Shown: piece by piece, positions 9,699 to 19,429 of the stretch | Layout of the letters: every line of letters begins with the position of its first letter | How positions within the stretch are numbered: the stretch's first letter is position 1 | Assembly: GCA_020635275.1 (NCBI GenBank) | Contig: JACKAA010000004.1 | Span: forward strand, 4,411-68,410 | Direction of reading: 5' to 3' | From: Ignavibacteriales bacterium | Lineage (GTDB): Bacteria > Bacteroidota > Ignavibacteria > Ignavibacteriales > Melioribacteraceae | Length of the DNA stretch: 64,000 nt | Notes under the pieces: generated by a model | Databases searched by the model: none | Seen by the model: only the letters and a program-made list of their open reading frames with translations | What the model was told of the DNA's origin: nothing | Translations under genes and position numbers: made by a program

Positions 9699-9762
9699 TT
9701 TTCATTTCGTTAATATCAGCAATTTTTATTTTCGTGTTTTATCTAAAATTAACTTTTTAATT

Positions 9763-11433
9763 TTAATTTTCACTATTCTTTAAATACTCAATTAATCTTT
9801 TCATATAAAAAGAATAAACAGCAGTAGAAATATATTTTTGATCACTTTTGTCCCGATAGGGAGAAGTGTCAAATTTGTCACCAACATTAGTTGTCATATA
9901 TTCTTTGGAATTTGAATCTCCATCATTTGCATCTCCAATATATGGATTTGATGTATTTAATCCACTTACCAACCATCTTCCTCTATCATCCAAAGCAGAA
10001 ATTATTTTTTCAATCATATTTTCAGATGTTGTGATAGTATTATTATCAAAATCGGAAAATTCTAAAAATTCAGTAACTTCATCAAATTTTTTAATCAAAG
10101 AAAAATTATCATTATAAATTTTGAATAACGGTGAGTTTGAGATAATTTTTTCGGAATCCAGTGTTAAAATATTTTGATAATCATCTTTTAGTTTTTGCAA
10201 ATTAATTAATCTAAAATTACGATAATGACCTGGAGTTTTTGAACTGTCTTCATTAACATAATAATGTCCGGAATTAACATTTGTTCCTAATCTATGGGTA
10301 AAAAGAGGCTTCCCACTTTTAGGATCAACAAATTTTGCATAAACAAAAATTCCTTCTCTTGACGTTGATTTTAATTTAGCTTCATCTAACCAATTTATTG
10401 CATCAGGAATTCTTTCAAGATATTTTTTTTCACCGGTTAGCTCGTAACATTTTAATAATATTTTAATATTTGCTGCTGTGTATTGCGGATCAAGTGATTC
10501 TGGTTCATAGGTCCTGGCACCTGCAGGTTCTAAATCCATATTGTATTGTTGACTCCAACCGGCAAAAGGTTTTGGCTGCTGTGATAGTAATATAAAATCC
10601 ATACCTCTTTTAATTGCATCAATTAATTGCTGATCACTTACCAAGTCAAAATCTTGTATGGATGGTAAAGTAGAATAGCACGCAATTAAAAATTTAATAT
10701 TTTGCCAAATTACATTATCATTAAAAGTATAATAGGAAGTGTAATCCGGATGACCATCTTTAACAAAATCGTTCATTAACGGAAATCTTTGAGGCCAGCC
10801 ACCAAGCGGGTATTGACTTTTTAATATTAAGCTAATTGCTGCTTCAAGTGGAGGCCTGATAGTAGAATCAAATTTAGTTAAATAAAATCGGAGCAGGAAA
10901 AAAGCTGCACCGCTTGTTGTTTCATCATCAAAAGTTGCGTTGCCGTAGTAATGTTGAAATTCTTCCAATCGCCAAGCATTTTTACCAACTGTGTTGTACC
11001 AATTTATTGTGGAATTTTCATCATCAAAATTAATAAAATAATTCCAGCCCCCGCACGATAATTGGCCCAATTTCAAAGCGTTGGCAGCTTTCTTTGCCTG
11101 CAAATAATAATACTCATCATTCGTTGCAAAGTATGCATCAAGAAAAGTATTCCCCATACTTACTGTTCCGGGATTTTGTGTCCATACCATTGTTGGGTAA
11201 GCTTCAAGCTCACCCCAACGACGTGAAAGATCAGGCAAGTAATGTGAAAGATAACCGCCCTTTTCACTTATGCTATCTGCAAAAAATTTCGTTGCATGCT
11301 TCATAGAAAGGATGATTTCATCTTTTAATTTATTATCATATTGAGCAATTAAGATATGCGGTAAGATTACGATTGATATTACTAATAAAATTAATTTACG
11401 AATTGGCGGGTATAAATTTTCATTTGATTTCAA
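9763..11433 (-). CDS. Putative pectate lyase, PelA/Pel-15E (PL10)-like alpha/alpha-toroid protein
   Basis: The signal peptide ends in IAQ. Repeated GGW motifs (GGWNYF, GGWPQRFP, AGWSQQYN), ATFDDETT and GARTYEPESL resemble my recollection of PL10 pec_lyase family motifs. The context is pectin degradation. Confidence 0.5.
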   Translation of the reverse strand: MKSNENLYPPIRKLILLVISIVILPHILIAQYDNKLKDEIILSMKHATKFFADSISEKGGYLSHYLPDLSRRWGELEAYPTMVWTQNPGTVSMGNTFLDAYFATNDEYYYLQAKKAANALKLGQLSCGGWNYFINFDDENSTINWYNTVGKNAWRLEEFQHYYGNATFDDETTSGAAFFLLRFYLTKFDSTIRPPLEAAISLILKSQYPLGGWPQRFPLMNDFVKDGHPDYTSYYTFNDNVIWQNIKFLIACYSTLPSIQDFDLVSDQQLIDAIKRGMDFILLSQQPKPFAGWSQQYNMDLEPAGARTYEPESLDPQYTAANIKILLKCYELTGEKKYLERIPDAINWLDEAKLKSTSREGIFVYAKFVDPKSGKPLFTHRLGTNVNSGHYYVNEDSSKTPGHYRNFRLINLQKLKDDYQNILTLDSEKIISNSPLFKIYNDNFSLIKKFDEVTEFLEFSDFDNNTITTSENMIEKIISALDDRGRWLVSGLNTSNPYIGDANDGDSNSKEYMTTNVGDKFDTSPYRDKSDQKYISTAVYSFYMKRLIEYLKNSEN

Positions 11434-11527
11434 TCAACATCTCCAAAATTTAAACGTGTAAGACTATTTTTGTTGTATAAAAATAATCAACAATTAGGAA
11501 AGTTTAATGAGTAATTACAAATAGATA

Positions 11528-12214
11528 TTATGGAATTAAAAATTCTTCAGTTCGTAATGCTCTTTTTGTAAATCTAATTGATTGAATACACCCCTTAAAC
11601 CATGATTTGGGATTTTGTCTTGCTCCGATTGAAATTTGCGCATCTGGTAATGGATTAAAAAAAACATCACCTTGAAGTTCTTTTACTCCATTTACATAGT
11701 TTGTTATTTTGTGATGTTTGTAAACAAAAGCTATATTGTACCATTTTCCAGCCGAATGCAGCATTTCTGTGCTTAAGGTATCAAGTAATATTGATGTGGA
11801 ACTATCGGAACTTATACAAGAATCAAAAGCCCATTTTTGATTTTTCTTTAATAAGCGAATTTCCATAAGTATTCTTGATTTTGTTCTTGGTGTATTCCCA
11901 ACATGAAGAAACCTTTGTTCAAGATTTATTGGATTTGTGGATGAATCGGGTTTAAAGATAACTTCAATAGTATATTCTTTTGCATCGCCTAAAGGATTAT
12001 TTTTTATCAGCATTGCTTGATCAATGCCGTTAAATAAAGCTGCCTTACCTTTAGAGGTTTCAACAATACGAGGTAAATCAGGAAGTCCTTCTACCGGAAA
12101 TCCGCCAATGGTATCAGTTCGATCAATATTCCAAATAATTGATTCTTGTGCGTTTATTGAGGAAATCAAAATTAGAGAAAAAATAAAATGGTAAAAAATT
12201 ATTTTAATTTTCAT
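11528..12214 (-). CDS. Secreted LamG/concanavalin-A-like lectin-domain protein
   Basis: The signal peptide ends in INAQ. The pattern WYNIAFVY...NYVNGVKE...ISIGARQ...FKGCIQSIRF is typical of Laminin_G_3 domains. Confidence 0.6.
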   Translation of the reverse strand: MKIKIIFYHFIFSLILISSINAQESIIWNIDRTDTIGGFPVEGLPDLPRIVETSKGKAALFNGIDQAMLIKNNPLGDAKEYTIEVIFKPDSSTNPINLEQRFLHVGNTPRTKSRILMEIRLLKKNQKWAFDSCISSDSSTSILLDTLSTEMLHSAGKWYNIAFVYKHHKITNYVNGVKELQGDVFFNPLPDAQISIGARQNPKSWFKGCIQSIRFTKRALRTEEFLIP

Positions 12215-12274
12215 AAAAACCCTTTGAAAATATTAGATTAATAAATTCATACTATTTAGAGTTATATACATTTC

Positions 12275-13672
12275 TCAATTTTTATTTTGCATTGCCATTT
12301 CTAATGCAGCAGTAGTAGTATAATATTTAGCAAGCATGTTTGGAATTTCCCAATCCGGAAGTTTGCCATCTATCAAATATTGTAAATATCTGCTTGTAAC
12401 ATCTGCAAAGTGAGCTTCGTGTCCAACATCATAAATACTAGGAATTTCAACTTCCCATTTTGTATCTAGTTTTTTAAGACTTACACCTTTATATTTTTCA
12501 CTTATTATTTTAAAATTTTCAGCAAGAACATTTTCAAATAAATTAATATCAATTCCCTTAACCGGTTGAATATAAAGAGTGGGTTTATAATTTTGTTCTT
12601 TTCCTTGAAGAATTATTAGATTTGATTTTGTTCCTCGCATTAAGGCATACACTGCATCACCAGCATCTTCCGGTGAACGGTAATTCCATACAATATAAAC
12701 TTTTGCATGAACCCCTTTAATTTTATAATTAATCTCTCCATTACAATAAACATGCAGAGTATCATTATGTAAATCCTTTTTGAGAAATTCGGGAAAATCA
12801 TTAATTCCAGTTACTGTATTAAATTGTTCACTTGTAATTTTTGTAGGCCATCTGTTAGCTGATAAAATTTGAATATCATTTTTATAATCCAAAATTTTCT
12901 CAGGAAAGCACTGCCATTGAACAAGATCTACTAAATGTGTTGTAATATCTGCAACTCCTTCACCTTGTTGTTTTACGTCAAAAAACCAAGCTGGTCTCTT
13001 TAAAACTGAACCGGAAACATATTTGTAAAAGTTATGAATACTTTCTCTAATCACTGCCGGATCTTTTTCAGAACCATATTCTAGCGAGCCAAAAATTTCT
13101 GGAATTAAAGAAATTTCCTTTTGAAGAATTGTTGTAATCTCAGAACGTTCAGTCATTATATCGTAAAGTAAAACATTATTTTCTTCAGCAGTTTTAAATG
13201 CATTTTTCAGTAATTCAAAATTTTCGATATCAATAACCATCGGTTTATCAGCTAAAACATTCATTCCTGCTTTAATTGACTCCATAATATATTCTGTTTT
13301 TTTTCTGTTATTGCCTGAAATTACAACTACATTTCCCTTTTTTTCATCCAGCATTTTCTTAAGAAAATCATCACCTGTATAAACGTTCTCATTCCAGTTT
13401 GTTGGATTCTCATTTCTTGCGTTGTAACTATTAATCAGATTAAGATGAATCTTTACATCTTCACTTTCAGGAGCGTATACAAAAACGTTTGGATCAATTT
13501 GATCATGCATTACTTTCTGAACTAAAGCAGCATGAAAGTGGCCTGGATCAAGAGTAATAAGTTTCACTTCATCATTTGTTCCCAAAAAATTATTTTTAGT
13601 TTGTTGAGTACACGAAATTGTAATCATTACAATTAGTAAAAAGAAGGGGATTTTTATTTTCATAATTAGCAC
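12275..13672 (-). CDS. Exported (lipoprotein-type signal) Gfo/Idh/MocA-like putative oxidoreductase
   Basis: The N-terminus is MKIKIPFFLLIVMITISC, which is lipobox-like; an alternative start is at 13663. LITLDPGHFHAALVQK and NVLADKPM match the family I recall being annotated as putative oxidoreductase with an Oxidoreduct_C domain. Confidence 0.55.
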   Translation of the reverse strand: MLIMKIKIPFFLLIVMITISCTQQTKNNFLGTNDEVKLITLDPGHFHAALVQKVMHDQIDPNVFVYAPESEDVKIHLNLINSYNARNENPTNWNENVYTGDDFLKKMLDEKKGNVVVISGNNRKKTEYIMESIKAGMNVLADKPMVIDIENFELLKNAFKTAEENNVLLYDIMTERSEITTILQKEISLIPEIFGSLEYGSEKDPAVIRESIHNFYKYVSGSVLKRPAWFFDVKQQGEGVADITTHLVDLVQWQCFPEKILDYKNDIQILSANRWPTKITSEQFNTVTGINDFPEFLKKDLHNDTLHVYCNGEINYKIKGVHAKVYIVWNYRSPEDAGDAVYALMRGTKSNLIILQGKEQNYKPTLYIQPVKGIDINLFENVLAENFKIISEKYKGVSLKKLDTKWEVEIPSIYDVGHEAHFADVTSRYLQYLIDGKLPDWEIPNMLAKYYTTTAALEMAMQNKN

Positions 13673-13750
13673 TTTTCAGTTAAAATTGATTTTCTAATTT
13701 AGAGTTAAAATTTTATAGTAACTTAAAATTAACGTGATATTTATATACGA

Positions 13751-14239
13751 TCATTTTAATGATATTAAAAAGTTTACTGCAGCATTTGCAATAACTCCGT
13801 CTTGAGCTGAGCTTGCGCCGCTTACTCCAATTGAACCAACAATTTCACCATCAACAATAAAAGGTAATCCGCCCTCCAAAGGTAATGCATTTCTCAATCC
13901 AATCATAGCATTAGCACCTTGTTCAATTCTTTCCTGAAAAACTTTGGTTGGACGTTTAAATAAAAGTGCAGTCTTTGCTTTTTCAATTGATACTTCAATA
14001 CTACCTAATTGTGTCCCATCCATTCTTTCCAAAAAAATTAAATTTCCTCCATTATCAACAATTGAAATTACAACGGTTAAATTATCATTAATAGCTTGTT
14101 CCTCAGCAACAGCAGCCAATTTTTTGGCTAGTTCAAGTCCAATTGTTTTTTTAGTCAATATTTGAGCATTTGCATAAATGCTAGAAATGAAAATAAAAAC
14201 TGCTACAAAAAATGATATCTCTCGATTTAAAATTTTCAT
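13751..14239 (-). CDS. Secreted GlcG/HbpS-like (DUF336) haem-binding-family protein
   Basis: DNGGNLIFLERMDG...LGSIEVSIEKA...GGLPFIVDGEIVGSIGVSGASSAQD is a typical GlcG/DUF336 signature. The start was chosen at Met22 of the tracked ORF (MKILNREISFFVAVFIFISSIYANAQ), which is where the signal peptide begins. Confidence 0.7.
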   Translation of the reverse strand: MKILNREISFFVAVFIFISSIYANAQILTKKTIGLELAKKLAAVAEEQAINDNLTVVISIVDNGGNLIFLERMDGTQLGSIEVSIEKAKTALLFKRPTKVFQERIEQGANAMIGLRNALPLEGGLPFIVDGEIVGSIGVSGASSAQDGVIANAAVNFLISLK

Positions 14240-14686
14240 AATGTTCCCCAACCATTTGTGAATTTTTAACTTATTTATTCCAAAATATTTTAGTATATAC
14301 AACTTGATATATAGCTAAAATTAAGAAAATGAGTAATCAATAGCTAACATTTCTGAGGTTCAATTTATCTTTACTTTTGCATAAAATTACCTTAGCAGAA
14401 GAAAGAATTTATTTATTGTTTTAGAACTTTATTATTTTGCGTTACAAATAAATTTTTTTACCATTCACATGAAAAATATTATTAGAAGTTATTTAACCCG
14501 AGCTAATACAAGTAACCAAGAAAAATTATAACAATCAACTTTTATATTTTACTTCAAATAAAGATGGCGTTCGCTCAGTTTATTATATTGAAGTCCCTGA
14601 AATTAAATGAGAAAAATTTTAATGTTTTTAATCAGTAACATTTATAGATTATAAACTCTATTTCAATTTAATGCAAGGTAAAGATT

Positions 14687-15961
14687 ATGAGTTTTGACAG
14701 ACGTAATTTTATTAAAACTTCTTTGGGTGCTGCAATTTTGGCTCCAACGACAAAAATCTTTTCATCTACTAAATATAACTCAGCTCAAGTTAGTTCATCA
14801 GTTTTATTCAAAGAATTAGAGTCAATTGCTTTAAAGCCCGTGATTAAAATTAATATTATTAAAGAACCTGTAATTGTTGAATCCCTTGAACTATTAAAAA
14901 CTTATGACCATTATATTGTAAGAGCGCGCTCAAAAGATGGAGCAGAAGGAATTGCATTTACCGGAAAAAAAATTATTTATTTATATCCAATATTACTTCA
15001 GCAGGTATTTCCAGTATTTATTGGTAAAGATGCGAGAATGCTAGAAGAATTGCTTGATCAAGTTTATGTTTATGACAGTAATTATAAAATGCAGGGCTTA
15101 GCTTTTTGGTGTTGTGTTGCGTGGGCAGAGTTTGCAATTCTCGATTTACTTGGTAAAACTGCGAATAAGCATATCAGCTATTTCTTTGGAGAAAGAGTAA
15201 GGGATAAAGTTCCAATTTATACTGCCAGCGGAAATCGGGGAACTTCTCCTGAAGAGGAAGTTGAGATACTGCAAAAGAAAATGGAAGAAACCGGAGCAAA
15301 AGCAGTTAAATTTAAAGTCGGCGGAAGAATGAGTCGTAACCGGGATGCTATTCCAAATAGATCTGAAAAATTAATAGAGCTATCTAGAAAAACTTTGGGT
15401 GATGAAATTACAATTCAAGCAGATGCAAACGGATCTTATGATGTTAAAAATGCAATTGAAATTGGTAAACGACTAGAAGGAATTAATGCTTATCTTTTCG
15501 AAGAACCGTGTCCATTTGATTATCTCGATGAAACTAAACAAGTAGCAGATGCATTAAATATACCAGTTTCCGGAGGTGAGCAAGAATCCAGTGAATATAG
15601 ATTCAGACAAATGCTCGCAGAAGATATTGTTCAAATTTTACAACCGGATTTACATTATTACGGCGGATATATTAGAACAACTAGAGTCGCAAGAATGGCA
15701 GAACATTTAAATGTTCCGTTAACTTGTCATATTTCTAACGATAATACAGGTTATGCAGATATGGCAAATCTTTTTAGTTTTGTTCCAAATATGGGCCGTT
15801 TTCAGGAACTAAAAACTGATTATGAATTTACTGCACCAATGTTTGAACCGCCAATAGAAATAAAAGATGGATTTATTAATATTCCAACCGGACCAGGTAA
15901 TGGTTTAGTTCACACAGAAGATTTAATTAAAAAAGCAACGGTTATAAAAGAATCAATCTAA
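14687..15961 (+). CDS. Enolase-superfamily enzyme (mandelate racemase/muconate lactonizing family) with a twin-arginine signal
   Basis: The N-terminal MSFDRRNFIKTSLGAAILAP is a canonical Tat motif. There is a K-x-K motif (AVKFKVGG) and metal ligands in QADANGSYD, LFEEPCP and SGGEQES. Confidence 0.8.
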   Translation: MSFDRRNFIKTSLGAAILAPTTKIFSSTKYNSAQVSSSVLFKELESIALKPVIKINIIKEPVIVESLELLKTYDHYIVRARSKDGAEGIAFTGKKIIYLYPILLQQVFPVFIGKDARMLEELLDQVYVYDSNYKMQGLAFWCCVAWAEFAILDLLGKTANKHISYFFGERVRDKVPIYTASGNRGTSPEEEVEILQKKMEETGAKAVKFKVGGRMSRNRDAIPNRSEKLIELSRKTLGDEITIQADANGSYDVKNAIEIGKRLEGINAYLFEEPCPFDYLDETKQVADALNIPVSGGEQESSEYRFRQMLAEDIVQILQPDLHYYGGYIRTTRVARMAEHLNVPLTCHISNDNTGYADMANLFSFVPNMGRFQELKTDYEFTAPMFEPPIEIKDGFINIPTGPGNGLVHTEDLIKKATVIKESI

Positions 15962-16039
15962 GAATATTTTTTTAATCAATTTAATTTTTTGGTAAGTATT
16001 TAAATTTAGTGAAAGAAAAATGTATAATCCGGAGTAAAA

Positions 16040-17137
16040 ATGTTGATTCACTTATGGGAAATTCTGTTATTTTCTTTTTTAATTTTATTAAGTAATCCTT
16101 TTGGTAAAATTATGGCACAAGAAAAAAAGCAAAGTCTTTTTATTTACGTTTCTTTAAGAAACAGCAATGCAATTGTTGTTTATAAATTTGATGATCAAAC
16201 ATCAAAATTGAATTTAGTTGACAGCTTAACCGTAAACGGCGGACCAGCGCCAATGGGTATGGACCCAACTGAAAATTATCTTTACGTTGGACAAAGAGAA
16301 ATCAATACATTATCTTCATTTAAAATTGATGATCAAACTGGGAAATTATCATTCATAAATTCCATTCCGGCAGCGGATAATATGGCTTATGTTGCAACTG
16401 ATAGAACCGGAAAATTTTTATTAACTGCATATTATGCTTCGGGTAAAGCAGCAGTTTACCCAATAAATTCAGAAGGGCAACTTCAAAGTAAAGCTGTTTT
16501 AATATTTGATAATTATGTCAATGCTCATTCAATTTTAACAGATCCAAATAATAAATTTGCATTTATTGCTGATAAGGGCGGAGATAAAATTTATCAATAT
16601 AAGTTTGATGAAAACACTGGAATGCTTACTCCAAATGCGCAGCCTGAGATTGGTACACAAAAGGGCACAGAACCAAGACATTTTGTTTTTCATGGAAGTA
16701 AGGATATTGTTTACTTTGTTAATGAAACCAATAACACTGTTACAGCATATGATATTGACAAAGAAACTGGAACATTAAGTTCCTTCCAAAATATTTCTAC
16801 AATCCCGGAAGATTTTACAGAATTTACAAAAGCTGCTGACATTCATATATCACCTGATAACAGATTCTTATATGCCTCCAATAGAGGACATGAAAGTATT
16901 GCTGCTTATAAGGTTGATGAACTTAAAGGAGAATTAACAACTATTGGATATTTCCCAACAGAAGTAAATCCGCGATCTTTTGCAATCGAACCTTCAGGAA
17001 ATTTTTTATTTTGTGCTGGTGAATCGTCAAACAATTTGGTCTCATATAAAATAAATCAAGAAACCGGTGAGTTAGAGAAAATAGAATCTTTTTTTGTTGG
17101 GGAAGTACCTTCCTGGGTTTTGGTAAAACTAAATTGA
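16040..17137 (+). CDS. 7-bladed beta-propeller lactonase (6-phosphogluconolactonase/YbhE-like), probably exported
   Basis: Repeated propeller-blade motifs are present (NGGPAPMGMDP, DNMAYVATDRTGKFL, NAHSILTDPNNKF, EPRHFVFH, DIHISPDNRFLYASNRG, NPRSFAIEPSGNFL). GGAG lies 5 nt upstream of the ATG at 16040. The hydrophobic N-terminus ends in IMAQ. Confidence 0.7.
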   Translation: MLIHLWEILLFSFLILLSNPFGKIMAQEKKQSLFIYVSLRNSNAIVVYKFDDQTSKLNLVDSLTVNGGPAPMGMDPTENYLYVGQREINTLSSFKIDDQTGKLSFINSIPAADNMAYVATDRTGKFLLTAYYASGKAAVYPINSEGQLQSKAVLIFDNYVNAHSILTDPNNKFAFIADKGGDKIYQYKFDENTGMLTPNAQPEIGTQKGTEPRHFVFHGSKDIVYFVNETNNTVTAYDIDKETGTLSSFQNISTIPEDFTEFTKAADIHISPDNRFLYASNRGHESIAAYKVDELKGELTTIGYFPTEVNPRSFAIEPSGNFLFCAGESSNNLVSYKINQETGELEKIESFFVGEVPSWVLVKLN

Positions 17138-17181
17138 AGTGGAGATTGACTGATTTAATCTGAGTAATTTATTGACGAATA

Positions 17182-18051
17182 TTAAAATGCTCTGAGTTTC
17201 ATTTTTGTTTCAATCATATATTTTTGAATTTTATTTTGATCTGAACAATTTAATATTCCGAATATAAAATTTTTCTCAATTGCCAATGTAATCAATCCAT
17301 TATTTTTATCATTTATTTTGTATCCATTATCTTCAAATTGAGAAATATTTTCAGCACTTTGCAGATTGATAAATTTTTTCAACGTTGAATCTGCATCTTC
17401 AGAAGATTTCAATCCTATAATAAATAAAGTAAAAGTTTCAACAGAATCATATAAAACTGTAGTTACTGAATTTAAAAAACTATAGCCAAGAAAATTTCTT
17501 GCAATATATTTTTCACTATTTATATTTTTTTCTTCTTCAGGAAAAATGTTTAAAATATTTGGAAATGAATTATCCTGCCTCAATGATTTTTCTATGTTCT
17601 GAGCAATTTCTAATAATAAATCTTGACCTAATTGACCTTTTGTATATGTTGATAATTTTACATAATAAACTCCACTTAAAAAATTAAGTATGTAATCATC
17701 AATATATCCTTGTGTCCCAATTTCTATAAAATTATATTCCGGATTTCTTTCTTGTGAATATATTCCGAATGCATTTATTGGGTTATTATGGTGATAGATT
17801 TCGACTTTTACTTCTTTATTATCTTGAGTTTTGTAACTGCCGACACGAAGTTCAATAAAGGAATATTCAAGGAATAGATCAGCTGCTCCATTAATTAAAT
17901 CCCATAAATTGTTTGAATCATATATCTCTTTATCCTCAGATAACTCCCAGTTTTGAATTTCTGGAAAAAATGAGTCTTGAGAAAAAACTATAATTTCTGT
18001 GAAGAAAAAAATAAACACTGCATATTTTATTGTTTGAAATATCGTTTTCAT
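17182..18051 (-). CDS. Exported hypothetical protein (no function assignable)
   Basis: This 289-aa ORF has a signal peptide (FFFTEIIVFSQ). It lies 13 nt downstream of the Tat-AKR gene on the same strand. I recognise no catalytic motif. Confidence 0.6.
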   Translation of the reverse strand: MKTIFQTIKYAVFIFFFTEIIVFSQDSFFPEIQNWELSEDKEIYDSNNLWDLINGAADLFLEYSFIELRVGSYKTQDNKEVKVEIYHHNNPINAFGIYSQERNPEYNFIEIGTQGYIDDYILNFLSGVYYVKLSTYTKGQLGQDLLLEIAQNIEKSLRQDNSFPNILNIFPEEEKNINSEKYIARNFLGYSFLNSVTTVLYDSVETFTLFIIGLKSSEDADSTLKKFINLQSAENISQFEDNGYKINDKNNGLITLAIEKNFIFGILNCSDQNKIQKYMIETKMKLRAF

Positions 18052-18064
18052 TTGACATTAAAAT

Positions 18065-19270
18065 TTATGATAAAAATTCAGTTGGCACTTTAGTTAATCT
18101 CATTACATCAGTTATTTTTTTAGTAACGTTAAAATTTTTTGCACACGATACGCTGCAGTTTTTGCAATCACTGCAAGGATTATCATTTAAATTTAAGCTC
18201 ATCAATAATTCATGAGCTTTTTTACTATCATTATATCCATATGTATACATATAAGCGCGCATAATTTCAGGTATTGGTAAACTTTTTGTACAATGTTTTT
18301 TGCAGGATTCACAACCTTGACAATAAAGTCCGCCTTCTAATTTATCTTCAAGTACGAGATCAATTTTTTCTTGCTCAGTCATGGTCAAATCATAATTTAT
18401 ACTGGCATTCATATTTAATTGATCAAAATTTGTAATGCCGGGTATTGAAGTGGTTACGTTTTCATCTTGTAACACAAATTTTAATGCAGCTTTACAATTA
18501 ATTGGTTTGGTTCTTTCTCTATCATGAAATCCGCCAGCCATTGTTTTCATTGCAACAATTCCTATACCCACATTAGCTGCGTCAGCAATTGCACTTTTCA
18601 TTTCCTTATAATGATCTTGCTTGAAATTAATTGCGGTAAGTACAACTTCATAAACTCCACTTTCAATAACAGCTTTAATTACTTCCGGTTCATTTTTGTG
18701 AGTCGATACACCTACATGTCTTGCTTTGCCTTGTTTTTTTGCCAATTTAACAGCTTCCAATAATTCCGGGTGAAGAACTGCATTCCTTGATGAAAGTGCG
18801 TGTACATATAAAATATCAACATAATCTGTTTTAAGTCTTTTTAAGCTTGTGTCTAATCTTTCAAGAAAAACTTCTTTTGTTGTAGCCGGTCCAATTTCTC
18901 CGGTATTCCTATCAATTTCCTCTGGTTTAATTTTGGTTGAAAGAACAATTGAATCTCTAGGGATATCTTTGAAAACCTCACCGATCATTTCTTCGTTGTT
19001 TCCGCCTTGATAAGTATGTGCAGTATCAAAATGAACTATGCCTTTTTCAAGTGCTGCTGTTAAAAGGGCAGGGCTATCTGCCCGCATTACACCGTAACTT
19101 ACTATTGGTAACTCAATTCCAGTTTTGCCGAGTTTACGCTTAATTATTGTATTTTCATTTTTAATAATATTTTGGGCGTGAGAATTATAAAGAAAAGATG
19201 ATGAAACCAAAGCTCCAGTTCCACCAAGAATAGATTTTTTTATAAAAGTTCTGCGGTTATATTCTTCCAT
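18065..19270 (-). CDS. Aldo/keto reductase with a twin-arginine signal and a C-terminal Cys-rich (Fe-S-like) extension
   Basis: NRRTFIKKSILGGTGALV is a Tat motif. The AKR core shows HFDTAHTYQGGNNE and DILYVHAL. The C-terminus has two Cys clusters, CQGCESCKKHC and CSDCKNCSVSC. Confidence 0.8.
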   Translation of the reverse strand: MEEYNRRTFIKKSILGGTGALVSSSFLYNSHAQNIIKNENTIIKRKLGKTGIELPIVSYGVMRADSPALLTAALEKGIVHFDTAHTYQGGNNEEMIGEVFKDIPRDSIVLSTKIKPEEIDRNTGEIGPATTKEVFLERLDTSLKRLKTDYVDILYVHALSSRNAVLHPELLEAVKLAKKQGKARHVGVSTHKNEPEVIKAVIESGVYEVVLTAINFKQDHYKEMKSAIADAANVGIGIVAMKTMAGGFHDRERTKPINCKAALKFVLQDENVTTSIPGITNFDQLNMNASINYDLTMTEQEKIDLVLEDKLEGGLYCQGCESCKKHCTKSLPIPEIMRAYMYTYGYNDSKKAHELLMSLNLNDNPCSDCKNCSVSCAKNFNVTKKITDVMRLTKVPTEFLS

Positions 19271-19429
19271 CTTTTACCTCAATTTAAGTATCAAGTTCAC
19301 CTTTTGATTGCTAAAAAATATATTATAAATACTAATTGCAATTTTTCAATTCTTCCAAAATTGTATTAGTAAAACAGTACTTTGTTAAACCAATTTATTC
19401 TCTAAGTTCTAGAACTATTTATCTAAAGA

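Noticed and set aside
14487-14515. A possible fourth copy of the phased AGT(T/A)A box in the glcG/enolase divergent region (AAGTTATTTAACCCGAGCTAATACAAGTAA), and AGTAATCAATAGCTAAC at about 14331-14347.
   Set aside because: The spacing is 14+10 nt rather than 12+12 nt, the middle repeat is AGCTA, and the conserved CG/TG spacers are missing. The similarity is too weak to call by eye in AT-rich DNA.
19334-19343. AT-only palindromes such as AATTGCAATT (19334-19343), AAATTATTATAATTT (about 27179-27193) and AAAGCTTT in the 4.6-kb region.
   Set aside because: Short AT-rich palindromes are expected by chance at this base composition. I saw no recurrence or positional conservation.
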